From NCBI GenBank assembly GCA_004764695.1, contig SMSO01000034.1, positions 558,001 to 622,000 on the forward strand: DNA of 64,000 nucleotides, read 5' to 3'. A model generated the notes under the pieces. The model saw nothing but the letters and a program-made list of their open reading frames with translations. It had not been told where the DNA came from and searched no databases. The position numbers and the translations under genes are program-made. Of the stretch, positions 1 to 12,934 are shown piece by piece. The stretch comes from Schizochytrium sp. TIO01. Lineage: Eukaryota > Protista > Bigyra: Labyrinthulomycetes. Position 1 is the stretch's first letter; each line of letters opens with the position of its first letter.

Positions 1-839
1 TTCTCTTGAAAATAGAATGAACCTTCACGCCCCGGTTTCTACAGTTTCCTTACCACATACTTAATTTCCAAGCTCATCTATTATACAGTATACAGTGCTT
101 TAATACTAATTCAGGTTTGTCCTTACTTAATCCTTTAGTTGCCTAGTATAATTTCACTCTTGAGGTACCCTGGTCTCAACGCTTCGCCTCGATAGCCACG
201 TTCTTATAATATGCAACGCCTAATAGTTCAGGACTTTTAATCGTAGCCAAGAGTATGCCAAGAACTCTGGTAACGTTCACATGACCCTTCGATTGATGAT
301 CCCAGAACTGTCTTATGGCATTTTTGAACCATTATGGTTAAAGAGCAAGCCTAGGATAGAAAAATTTCTACTTGAATGGCTTGGAAATCGTCAGTGATCA
401 ATGAAGTTGTATACAACTTAGATTGTTGGGGCTTAGGTAGACTTGCTAGAGGCTATCATTATGTCTTTATACATAGATGCTCAATTATGGAGGTGTTGGC
501 ACCTGAATAGCTCCCAGTATAGTTGATCAGTTAGTGTAGGCCTATGCAAATATGAATATAAAAGCCTTCCAGCAGGAATTGAGATAATTCAGACTTATTG
601 TTTGGATCTGTTAATCATATTCTCTCAAGCTGAGGTACTGAGGACTGTTGAAAAGAATGCGACCCAAAATTTTGTATAGCCAGTGCAAGCAACCCTGGGA
701 ATTCTCAAATATTCAAAGCACAAGCAAGCCAACACGAAGCGAGATAGCTTCAGAGTATCTGCTAAAAGATGATTCTGGACAGCTTGAGATTGACTGTAAA
801 GGCGAGGGTCTTTATGAAGTCTTTAAGAAGGTTGATTTC

Positions 840-903
840 AGAGTTAGCAAACTGCTGTCCTGGAGAATGAAAGAGTTAGCAAACTGCTGTCCTGGAGAAT
901 GAA
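840..903. repeat. Perfect 32-bp tandem duplication
   Basis: AGAGTTAGCAAACTGCTGTCCTGGAGAATGAA at 840-871 and 872-903. Confidence 0.95.
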
Positions 904-3845
904 TTCCAGGAGAGATGGATTCATGTAGTAATTAAGGAGGCTAAGACATTCTTGGAAAAATTTTAGAGATAATTGATGGGGTTAGGTTAACTCACCCTCT
1001 TCAACCATCGATTCAAGTTACACCATACTTGGGTGCAGGTTATTTGTAGTCACACTTTTGATTCCTGACTCCGGCAGCCACATGAATCTGACGACCTACT
1101 CTTGTTCTATTGTATGCCCTATGTCTACGAGGGTTTTACAAAGGGACGCTGCCAAGAACTATAGTAGTGTCTTGTCCACTAGTCCCTTCGATTGGAAATC
1201 TCAGAAGTATCTTTATCATCTACATTTTGAGCGGATCCTACACTTGAATATGAAATAAATATCTGTGCTGTCCTTGTGCTCCTAATCTTTATCTTGCAAT
1301 GTGAATCTTCGATGGTCTTGCATATCGGATGATGAAGCTTTACAAGAAATTACTTGGCGGTTCGTTTGATCTGAGATTTTCCTTGAAAATTAATCTAAGA
1401 ATTCAGAAAAAGTCTGAGGTATCTTAAAAGAAAGTCAAGAAATTGAAATTTATGTCATTGAATTCCTCATTTTGTGAGAAACACGCATGGTAGTTTTTTG
1501 AAGTCATAAAATTTAGAGCTCAGAAACGAAATAACCAAATCATGAATTCAAAGGCCATGGATTAGATAGAATAAGCAGCACATATCTATTCATTAATATC
1601 GAATGCGATGGGTATTCATTTCAAGGTTAGAAATAAATATGACCGGAAAGATGTCTTACTGTGCGCCATGTTTTGGTTTTCTGTTTTACTATTGGGCTAG
1701 TACAGTTTACTTGAATTCCGTTATACATAAATCTCAACTTGCAACGCTCTGCACAAACTCCACCATAGCTATGACAGACTACTTATGCCTTTATCTAACC
1801 TTAGATCTATGCGTGTTATAGTTATACCAAGTTGTCGCAGTAATCGTAGTTTCACTATGTGTATACTACGTAAGATTGAGCAGGAAATCAGTATAAATTT
1901 TTGTATATGGATATTTGGAATTACATTCAATTGCCTAGCTTGTTTAACTAGGTGTATTTCCCCCCAAATTTGACAACAATCTACATACCTTCTCTAGACG
2001 CAGAAATGCAAACTTTAAGAGTACTTCTCTGATTTGTTTCCTTGGTCTCTTTCCTAAGAATGCTTCTCAAAGATTGAGCGGGCCACCACTTCGTAGGCTA
2101 TTGGAAGCAAGAGCCGATGGTTCCTGCACAGTCTTGCTGCAGTATACCTGGATACATGTTGTGCAATTTATCACAGGCATGTGCACAACACTTTACTACA
2201 ACATAAGAAACGCCTCCTCTCAGATAGACCGACTGCTGGTTTTTTATTGCTGCTTGTGAGACCTCTTCCATTCCAAGTTTCAAGTGGAATATGATCCATT
2301 AGGATGACTACCCTCCACCGACCTTCGGATGCCGCTGTCATCACACAAACCTAGCCCTCATTGACAATATACTTCACTAACAAGCTCTTTCTTTGGCTAG
2401 AAAGATATTTCATTCCGTTTTGGTGAGTTCTTGGTAAAAATTATCCCACTTCAATTGCCGTTCGCGCGTATCTATTATCCTTCTTATGTGTCAAAAAATT
2501 GCACAGGCGTCGCATCCTGGGAGTATCATCTAGGAGCTAGAGGAGATCTTTACGCTCTGTATTCGATTCTATCTTCATGGGCTAGAATGACAAGATATAA
2601 AATTGAGGGTCGCGAAGCAGATCGTTGGGTATGTAAACTTCTTCGTTTGCACTCTAGAGACTGTGGTTTGGGACCTGTGAGGGGTCTCTTTGAAAGAAGT
2701 GGCCGCAGCGACATCAAAGACCATAACAATTAAACAAGACGACATGACTCGGTGCGTACAAAGCAAGATTACCCAGCCTTCAACTTCACTAAAAGAGGAG
2801 GCTGCGAAGCAGACACTTTTTGAGTTGTTTTGCAGTGAAGTAGGTCCCTGCTGCTCGTATTTAAATTAAAAACAATGGAATGCAAATGAACTTCGAATCA
2901 CACGGGGACAGACAAAACGTCAATACTCTGAATGGTCGAAAGGGCGACAATTGTGCATGCGTAAGTATTTCCCGCTCTTTAATTACGTGGTGTTAGCTTT
3001 GCTGCTAGCTAGCAAAACCATTTCACAGGCTCTGCACAGTGTAGGTCGACTTCATTTAAGTAGGCTCTCCTTCAAAGTTTCATCCGCGTGCTGCTTGGCA
3101 TCTTCGTAGAGCAAGGTACGATTTTATCCAGCACGCCAAACCATAAAACTGGCCACGAAGCACCCGCCGGTTTACAAACCAAAGCAAGCCAGAACCAGCT
3201 GGAGTAATGGACATACTTGTCAGCAAACTCTTATGGTCTATCGTCTATGCATCTGTTTCTTCGCTTGGTTGCTTTATGCTCGTCTGTCGATTTGGGGCCA
3301 GGTGTGTGTGTGTGTACGCGCGTGAAAGACCTTCATCTCGTTCACGGTCATCAGCTCATTCACTCATTTTCAAGGAAAGGGGAAACCTTCTGGTACAGAC
3401 TCGCTTTGCAACTTAAATTGCGCTTGGGCATGCGAGCGTACCTCTGAAAAGTACCTGAACAGTCCTTCAGGTCATGTCAAAAGCAAGAAAAAAGCGAGCA
3501 ACGCACCGCACTAGAGTACGGGTTTTTCAGCAGATTGGCTCGTCCGTCTTGAAACTTGCAAGGCTCGCTCACTCGAACAGGTCTTTCGGATCTTAAAGAC
3601 GTAGCAGTAGCGATAATGGAAGAGTAGTTGAGTTTCTCGGCACCATCTCGTAGACAGCGATGGCTGGTGAGTGGATGGATGAGACTACCATGAGACCTGA
3701 CTTGAGGAAGGCTGTGCCGATCTTCTGGGAGAAGCATGTTGGGGAAGGCGGTCGAAGTCTAAGCTCTTCATTCAAAGATCCGTGCCTGTGCTTTGCGAGT
3801 GAACTCGCCGCTCCGACACGAGCTTTCGTTCGAGCCGGTCAGTAG

Positions 3846-4003
3846 ATTACTGGGTTCTTGAACAACCTGTACACATTCATTACTGGATTCTTGAACAACT
3901 TGTACACATTTATTTATTCATTCATTCATTCATGCATTCACTTATTCATTTATTCATTCATTCATTCATTCATTCATTCATTCATTCACTTATTCATTTA
4001 TTC
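3846..4003. repeat. 33-bp tandem duplication followed by an (ATTC)n microsatellite
   Basis: ATTACTGG(G/A)TTCTTGAACAAC(C/T)TGTACACATT(C/T) at 3846-3878 and 3879-3911, then an imperfect ATTC array. Confidence 0.9.
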
Positions 4004-7000
4004 AGGCTTGGTATGCACGTGCGCAGCGTACACTGGTGTCAGCTCCTCAGCAGAACCAGCAAGGGATAACAAGTAAATGGTCAAAGCTAGCAACAGCTGA
4101 TTGTCACGAATCCTGAGCGAATGGCGACACTTCACGTGGCAATTTGAAGAATGGCCGACTCTGTTCCAACGTCGAAAAGCCTGGAAGAACGTCAAACCTC
4201 AAGGCAACGGCCACACCGGGGATGAAAGAAAGTAAGAAATAAAGTAAGAAAGTAGATGAGGGCAAAATGTGCGCCTTGATATATATATATTCTTATTTGT
4301 GTTGCAACTCTTTTGAGGGGTTGGAATATGATGCTCCAGAGGCTCCTGTGATAGCGCCTGGGTGGTCTTTCAGGAACCCTCGTATCTATCCTCAAAATTA
4401 AAGTTCAGGGTCTACCAAAAAGAATCGAGCACATGCTTTGTCCCGACAGAGCAAGTTGGGATGCTATACGATGTAGATTCTATGTACCTACTCGCTTCTT
4501 AGGCGCTCGTACTGTTCTAAAAGGGATGTGCCGCGCATGCAGTTCTACGGTCAATCGTTTCGTTTACTCTGTCTTTTTACGGTTCAAGGCACAGACAGAC
4601 TAATGACTTAATTCTATTCTAAATTAAAAAAAAGTAAAAGTGAAAGTAAAAAATATATTTAATTAAAAATAAAATTAAAAAATCAATCAATCACAATCTA
4701 TAAACACAAACGCAAAGCGAAGACGAAGGAAGGAAGGAAGTACAAAATCAACTTGAAAACCCAACAAGAATGCGACATCCATCATCCTCAATTTCAAAGA
4801 GCCTCCCTGGGATACGAAAAACCAACAACTATGCGCCCCCCTCATGTTTCACAGGTTCCTGCGCCAACAAATAATACCATTACCATCCCCTGCTAATTCC
4901 GTTGGATCTTGGTACTTTCAAGCCAAGTTCCTCGGCCACACCACTGACGAGGTGTCGCCAGCCCTGTGTAGAGGCCACGGCCGCCTTGAAGACGGCTCCG
5001 CTGCGCCAAACGAGACCCTCGTGCCGCCCATCCAGCCTGTCTGAGACAGCCGAGCTGGACAAGCAAGCTCTCGACCACGCCCACTTTCTTCCGGGCGAGA
5101 TCTGCGATTCGGCGAACTTGAGCTCAGGACAAAGAGTTCACAACTCCGCGTGGCTTTGTCCCTAGGAAGCCAAGCCCGCGACACGACTCGAGCTGGCTGG
5201 GAAGCTGGTGGTAGCGCCATCCTGTACTCGGGTTGAGCGCAACGGATGTTTCTTTTCGGGCGAAGAAACCGCGCCGTGGCGACGATCTCATGACTGCTCG
5301 TTTACCCTGCTGGTCAACTTGCCCACAAACACCGTTCTGAGCGTGTGGAGAGGCGAGCGACGAACGAGATGCTCTGACTCGCTTCGTTGGTCAAAACCCC
5401 GTCGGGCGCTTTGGTCTGTCTTCAGGAGATTGCTTGGAATTCGACTTCGTCGCATTCTTGCAACTCGAGGTTGGTCTTCTTCAGGTGTCGTGCGATGAGT
5501 TGCGAAGTTTGAGGGGCGAGGCTTCCTGCACGCTGCACGCAAGGTCCTCGTTTTTATGGTTGGTAGAGAGAGCTGTCGTCCTTCGAAGTGGGCAGACTTT
5601 CATTCTGGTTCAACTTCAACGTCAACACGTCAACCTCAGCTCCAAGTTGGTTGTTGAGTTCTTTTCGTTGCACTGCTCTAGCTAGAGAAGAACTTTCAAG
5701 TGCTCTTGTGGCGCTTTACGACCTTGTTTGTTGGGTGCCTTTCGTGCCACGTGCAAAATTCGACACGGTACCCGAGCACCGGCAACGTCGCCACGCCGAG
5801 GCGAGGCCCGGTCCACACCAGGCCTGAGCAGCTTAAATCGTTCAGGCGAGCTAGTTGATCGGTTGGCGTCCTTCTCAAACTGTGCAACGAAAGAGCGAAT
5901 TTTACCAATTGGCCACATCTGTCACACATGCATGTGCACTACAACTCAAGTAATTCCAGTCGAAAGTATCTATTTAATTTAAAAAAAAACTAAAAATTAA
6001 AAAATAAATTGGAAAAAATAAGTAATTAATCAAAATAATTCTATGAAATTAAAAATGAAACACGAGTGTATAGATCAGAGTACCATAAAGCCCTGACAAG
6101 AATGAATTGTGCTACCCTACGAAGAAAATAGTTCTACTGTAGAGACATGTTCCAAGTATCATATGGATCTTAGCGAAGGGTCAAAAAGTAGCTGCGACAC
6201 TCTCGCTCATATTGAAGAGGTTCTCGTAGAGCCTATGTTTTGTAGATCTTCGGGCCTCCCGATTGCGTCGAAAGGTCGACGGGGTAATTTGGATGACTTG
6301 GCCGTGCATGCGCAGATAAAATTGACAGCTACCGCGCTGGTCAACAGAGATGTATTCTTGACCTGTCAGGGTCTACAGACGATTGATGGCAGGCATCCTC
6401 TTTCACGGCGTCTGGCGAGCAGAACGAGGGATGGAAGTGTGCTTTGGAAGGTGTTTGAACGTACCGGAGTGGCGCATTGCGGACGGTCTGCGCGGTTTCG
6501 TTTCTTTGTCGGCAGCGCCCAACCAAAGATCGATTTGTGCCAATCAATCCAACATGTCGAACGAAGATACCACCTATGTAATGATCATTTCCTCTCAGCG
6601 AGGGCCAATTCGCTCACACAAGAGAGATCTGCGAAAGGGCATGCTCCCCTGCTCTTTTTCATAAATTATTCTGAGTAAAATGGATTGAGGGAGTGCGCTG
6701 CTAGAGAGATTCGACAAGCCGACATATTTGGAAAAGCCTTGAAGGCTCAGCTATTGGAAAGTAGCTCGAGCGCCTTGGACTGCAATAACCTTCACCTTCT
6801 CTTGCTCTTAGATTTGATCTAGCTCCCGAGTGAGGGACAACGTCTTTGAGTCAAGCCATGCTATTACTGGAAATTGGCATAATTAAAATAAAATGATGGT
6901 TCGTGTCAACCATGTTTGTAGATTTATTTATTTAGCAGATCGAGACTATTGTCATATGCATGAAGCGCTATTGCATTCTCTGAAATTAAGATCTTTTTCT

Positions 7001-10000
7001 TTACGGGTATGCCGATTGTGATCACTACAGAGTACTAGAAGTTTACATACCCGCAATGATTTTACTCTCAATACCTCTTTATAACTTGAAGATAGTGGTA
7101 AAAGCGAGGCTTTATGCTAGGTAGCGAGCGTTACGTTTCCAACCTGCAGATAGACAGGTTAACGGTCACAATGTAGAGTGTCATTGAAGGATAAAAGCCT
7201 TGCAGCTTGAATCAGCTTTCAGACAAGATGAGTTTTGTGAAACATAAGCTTATACAAAGGCAAATTATGACAGTACTCTAATCTATAGCCTCTCGCGCAC
7301 GGAGTCTTAAAAAAAAAACACTGTAGAAAGCTTGTAATATTTCCCTGTTCTAACCATTTTCTGCATCCAGATAATGCAAGGCTTTGTTCATTTGATAGAC
7401 TTGTTACGAAGGGAGCTATATTAGTTACTTCAGGTCCTCATCTGAAATTTGCAACGAGCGAATTGTTGATGCTACATTCTTTGTTATATCAATAGCCAAT
7501 ATTTAACTGCTAATCGTATAATTCCTTCCTTTTGAGCTGTAGCTGTGTTATAGCACAACATGTTATTAGCTTAGCTGTTTCTGTGAGTTCATTGGGCACC
7601 TTCCATAACGACAGGAACTCATAAAAATGCAAATGATTGATGCAAGTGTTCTCAACGATATGGTAAGAGTAGCCACACTTTTACATTGTATTATCAGAAA
7701 CAACAGCACCATTTGGATGAATGCCAAGGATGTTTATTTGTAACAGTTTATTGTTTGTGCTATACTTCTCCTTTACTCCTCGCTGTACACAGCTCTAATA
7801 TACAAACACTCCAACTCAAATTAAATAATAATTTGACGCGATTAAATAATACTTAACCTTTGAATCGTGTCTCAGCTCAAGAGTCCTGAAAACCATGTGA
7901 GAATACTTAAGTATTGTAATTTATCGCCAACTGCTACGCGATCCTGGTACAAAATGAAATAAGAATTCTTACAAGTTTCCAGGGAATTAACCATATTTTT
8001 TATTGTTCAAGTAAAGTGACCTTCTTACTTAAAAAAGGAAAAAGTCATCAACAAATAAAGAAAACTAATTGAACATCGAAAATAATCTTATGTTATGCGG
8101 CCCCACACCCCAAGGCAAACACCACTGAGCTCAAAGGCCGAGTTTTTAGTCCTGTATGTGTAAACTTACAACTCATTTTTTACTTCATTTAAAACAAAAA
8201 ATCCAGCAATCAAGCAAGATAAGCAGTCAAAGCAATAATAGACGCGCAAATTCCATGGCCTGCTCTTGGAAATCCGTATTCATCGTCGCGTACCACCATC
8301 TTTCTCTTGGATCGTTGAATCAACCGTTCACCAGCTTGTAGAACAAAGGTTCCTAGCGACAGGGTGCGTTTACGCATGTTGACTAAAGAAGCACTAGCAG
8401 CTTCCCTTCTAAACCCATCCAGGAAGAGGAAGCTTTGTGTTCTTGTCGCTACCACACGTATTTTGTAAACTGATTAACTACAGGTCCTTCAAAAAGAAAC
8501 GGCCATTACTCCATTAAAAATCGAGCGAGCACTATGACAGCAACTTGTACATAATACGTACCTCCTCTAGGTTGAGAGGTGGAATAATCTACTACAATTA
8601 TCTTCATGAAATGATCTCAGTGCGTAATTTGCTCGAAAGTTAATTAGCTCAAAAGTTCTGCCTTCTCTTGAAAGCGAGAGATAATACACCAATAGTAGAG
8701 GTACCTGGGTAGGTAGGTAGGTAGGTAAGTATAGACTGAAGAAGCCCCGAGGAAGCAGCACAAATGAAGAGGAAGAAGGTTTTCATTTCCCTCGCTAGTT
8801 ACTTAGCTAGAGGGAGTTGAAGCTACTACTGGTAAACAAGCATAAATGATAAGTGTAAGTGCTTAATGTTTTAACATTGTTTATTAAAATGAAGGATAGA
8901 TTCTTCGTTCTCCCGGCTTCTCATGGTCCGTGTTTCCGCACGCGCACACCCCTTATTTAGTGCACAAACCCGAACAATAAAACTCCCCAGAGACGCCCCA
9001 GCCTCTGCCCCACAAGGCCTGAAATTGTGCTCCCGATTGGCGCGGTGGATTGCGATAATCGGCGGCACGCTTCTGTCATCTCTCGAAACTCGTTTCCCCA
9101 TTTCTTCGTCGTGCTTTTGCTCCTCACATGAATGAATGAATGAATGAATCAATCAATCAATCAAACAGCCAACTTTAGAAATAAATAGGAGAAACGACCA
9201 ACCAACCAACCAACCAAACAAACAATCATCATCGTTCGGAATTAGAGAAAGAAGAATTCATCGCTTACTTCTCAAAGTTGCAGCATAAAAAATTAAATTG
9301 GCAGGCTTCATTAAAGTGGCCTCGCTGACTCTCGCGACTTGAAATCGCTGACTAAAACCTCCCAATCCCCGTTGCCGTGTTTCCAAAGAGCAGAATAGCG
9401 CTGCCTCGCACTTGAAGTTTGGCGCGCAGCTTCGGCTACGGTTGACTCGAACGGCACATTATCAAGCCTCAACTCCTCCTGACGAAAACAATTGATCATT
9501 CTGTTTATTGCAAAACATTGTATTTTATAGCTATTGTAGGCATTTATTTTATAAAATATAAGATAATGATAAAAGTACATGAAGAAGAAAAAAGTAGTAG
9601 TGCATGAACTTCAAGAGTGGCGGTTCAATTAGACATATGAAATCTTGTCTGGCTTCCAAGTGCATGCGCTGCTTTTTTATTTATTTTAAAAACAGAAAAG
9701 AAAAGGGAAATGTACGAGATACTGGCGGCTGGACCAGCTGTAATAATTAAATAAAATCGATGTAACTTAACTTTACTAACAACTTGAAAAAATAAAGATA
9801 TAAATAAATTAATATAAAAGTTTTAATGCAATGAAGGGGAACTAACTTGTTGGACAGTTGTGATTCTTTTATGCCCTCCCCCAAAAAAGGGGAAGTCTTA
9901 AATTAAAAATTGAAAGAAAAAACGAAAGAAGGATAAGTTGAAGTAAAGGCTGTTTGGATGTAATTGCGGCTTCGAATGCAACCAATATTAATTCCTCTTC

Positions 10001-11304
10001 CTTCCTCAGGCATTGTCTCACTTGTCTTCCAGGTGGAATACTGCTACTTGGGCGAATCGAAATGCTGTTGAGGGAAGGGAGAGAATCGGAAGGGAAGCTG
10101 CCCTTCAATCAAGATCACTCTGCACGGAATATAACTATACCTATATATATATCAATTAAAAAAAAGAAACACGTTCTATTCATTCAAAAGTTTTATTTAG
10201 TTTCAAGAAGAAGGAGAAGAAAATAAGAATAGAAAAATAACAACAGAAGCCAACAAAGCCTGAAGAAAGACACGAAAGATGTGAAAGACGCGTCTACCCC
10301 TTTCAATCCTTCTCCTGCGAAAGGACCTGTGAACCAATCCTTCATTCTGAGTGCGACGGCCAATCGATCGCCTAAGAAGCCTTAGTGGGTTTATGCTGAC
10401 CGCCGTAACTCCGGCGCTGCAATTGTGTAAATGAGCGAATAAACTCACCCTGTCATGACCAATGTGAGTGAATGAATGTACAACGCATATATATATTTAT
10501 ACTCAAGATTAATGCCTCAAATTCCGGGACCTTGTGTCATTCGTTGGCAATGAGGCTGCAAAGCCTGCTCCTGTTTCGCTGCTGTTTATGGTCGATGTCA
10601 GTTCTCGAAGCACGGCTTTCTTCGCCTCACATGGTCGCATCTACTGCTGCCTCCGTTCCTGCGCACTGATTTCCACAGGAAGTGGAAACGATGCTCCTCC
10701 GCTCGTGCGCGCCCTCTTCCGTTCCTGCGTTGATTAAGCACCTTTTTTACACATTCGAGTCATTGGCTTTTAATTCATTTTTGCAAAAGAATATCTAAAA
10801 AAGAAAAGAAGAGAACAGAAAAAGAGCTTCAAACAGAAAGAAGAAGGATGGGGTTGTTGGTTCTTGATTACCCACCTACCTTCTTCTAGCTCGATACCTT
10901 TTCACTTTGAAGTTTATTGTCCTTATATAATAGGCTATTTGACAATCTCGAATAGATCGAGGCCTAATTAAGCTGCGCAAGTTCTCCTTTTTTCCATCTT
11001 TTTTTTTCTTATGGTTCGAAGGCAATCTTTATGTCCACACCAAGATGCTTATATACAAGGGCGGTACGGCGATAAGAGTCGTCGTAAGCATTTCGCAGCT
11101 CTGAGTGTCAGCTGAGCTGCCCCGCAGGCCATGACAACGGTCAAACGTATGAATTATATACTAGGTTTTGCGCCGACACAGTAACGCTATCGAGAAATGA
11201 AGTCGAAATCAACGAACTAAATAAAGAAGTAAATAAATACATTGAGAAGCGCAAGAAAAACTGGAACAATACAGTCAAAACATCTGCAGTAAAGAAGGTT
11301 GCGC

Positions 11305-11525
<221 letters not shown>

Positions 11526-11881
11526 TTTATCTATATCCTGTTTGAGGCTTGGCTTCTCACACCTGCCCACAACCTGCCCTCCCCTTTACCAATTCAAAGC
11601 CGGCTTACTCGTCTTGATTTGATTGGCCACGCCTTGAAAGTTAAAGTTTTATTTTACTTTCGGGAGGCTGAAACGTGGTGCCCAATCGTACGGTGGAAGG
11701 ACTGAGACAGAGGAGGTACGCCAAACTGAATGAGCCAGAGAGCAAAACGCAAGCCTTGAGACCTCAAAGGTTCTGGTAGGATGCCAGCCAGCGAATTTCA
11801 GGAGGTGCTTCCTGCTGATGATGTATAGGATCACAGTCGCTCGTAGTCTCCTTTCTAGAGCTGCACATACCGCGTGCTTCT

Positions 11882-11997
11882 ACTCCAATCCGATGGAAGA
11901 ATCGGAAACTCCAATCCGATGGAAGAATCGAAAATCCAGCCTTCATTTGACGTTCATCATTCATTCATTCATTCATTCATTCATTCATTCATTCATC
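11882..11997. repeat. 26-bp tandem duplication with internal hairpin, plus a short (TCAT)n array
   Basis: ACTCCAATCCGATGGAAGAATCG(G/A)AA twice (11882-11933); TCAT array at ~11957-11997. Confidence 0.9.
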
Positions 11998-12144
11998 AGT
12001 ACAAAGCAGGAAGCCCGGGCCTCCGTGTCTCGTCGCTACATCGCCACGAGGTTCCCCAGCCTCCTTGTAAATTTCGCCGCCACCATCAAGCCTGAAGTAC
12101 GCCTGTGCTGTGCATTGTCGATCGGCCTTGAGCTTTATTGAATT

Positions 12145-12250
12145 ATTATTGATTGATTGATTTGATTTGTTTATTGATTTGATTTGTTTATTGATTTGAT
12201 TTGTTTATTGATTGATTTGTTTATTGATTGATTTGTTTATTGATTGATTG
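12145..12250. repeat. Compound TTATTGATT(T)GATTTGT minisatellite
   Basis: About five 16-17 bp units built from ATTG/TTTG. Confidence 0.9.
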
Positions 12251-12794
12251 AACCGCGGCATTTCCTCCGCCAAGTCCACTTCTTCTTCTTCTTCTTCTTC
12301 GCCTGAACTGCGTACGCGGAGGCCTCATCCGTTTATTATTTCCTGCTCCTTAAAGAAAGACCCGTTTCGCAGCAGCCCTGAACTCTCTCTCTCTCTGTGT
12401 GTGAGAAGTCAGACAGACCTTCTTTCTTCCTTCGGTGTGGGCTCAACTGATTGAATTGATACTGCTGCCCTGTAATTCTTATACTCGAGATGCAGTAGTA
12501 TCAGCGCTGCCAGAACCCGAGGCAATCAATCAATCAATCAATCAATGGATGGATGGATGAATGTTCGTTTGCACCAAAACCTACTAACTGCCTGTTCAGG
12601 CGTGGCGTGGCTCCGTGTTCACAATTGGCAGCTGCACGCACGGGGCGGCGGCAGGGAGCGGGAAACAAAGCTGGACCAGAGGCGAATCGCGACGGAGTGT
12701 AGCAGCTGCAGCTATAGCTTGTAAATTACAGCTGGTACTGCTTTGCATGTATTATATACAAGAAGGGGTCTCTTACTTACAGCAAAAAGGATTC

Positions 12795-12934
12795 TTTGTT
12801 TGTTTGTTTGTTTGTTTGTTTGTTTGTTTGTTTGTTTGTTTGTTTGTTTGTTTGTTTGTTTGTTTGTTTGTTTGTTTGTTTGTTTGTTTGTTTGTTTGTT
12901 TGTTTGTTTCTTTCTTTGTTTCTTTGTTTCTTTC
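12795..12934. repeat. (TTTG)n microsatellite grading into TTTC
   Basis: Directly visible. Confidence 0.98.

Noticed and set aside
6109-6678. 189-aa + ORF
   Set aside because: GTG start, no recognisable motif and no codon bias like the real genes; cannot be supported without a homology search.
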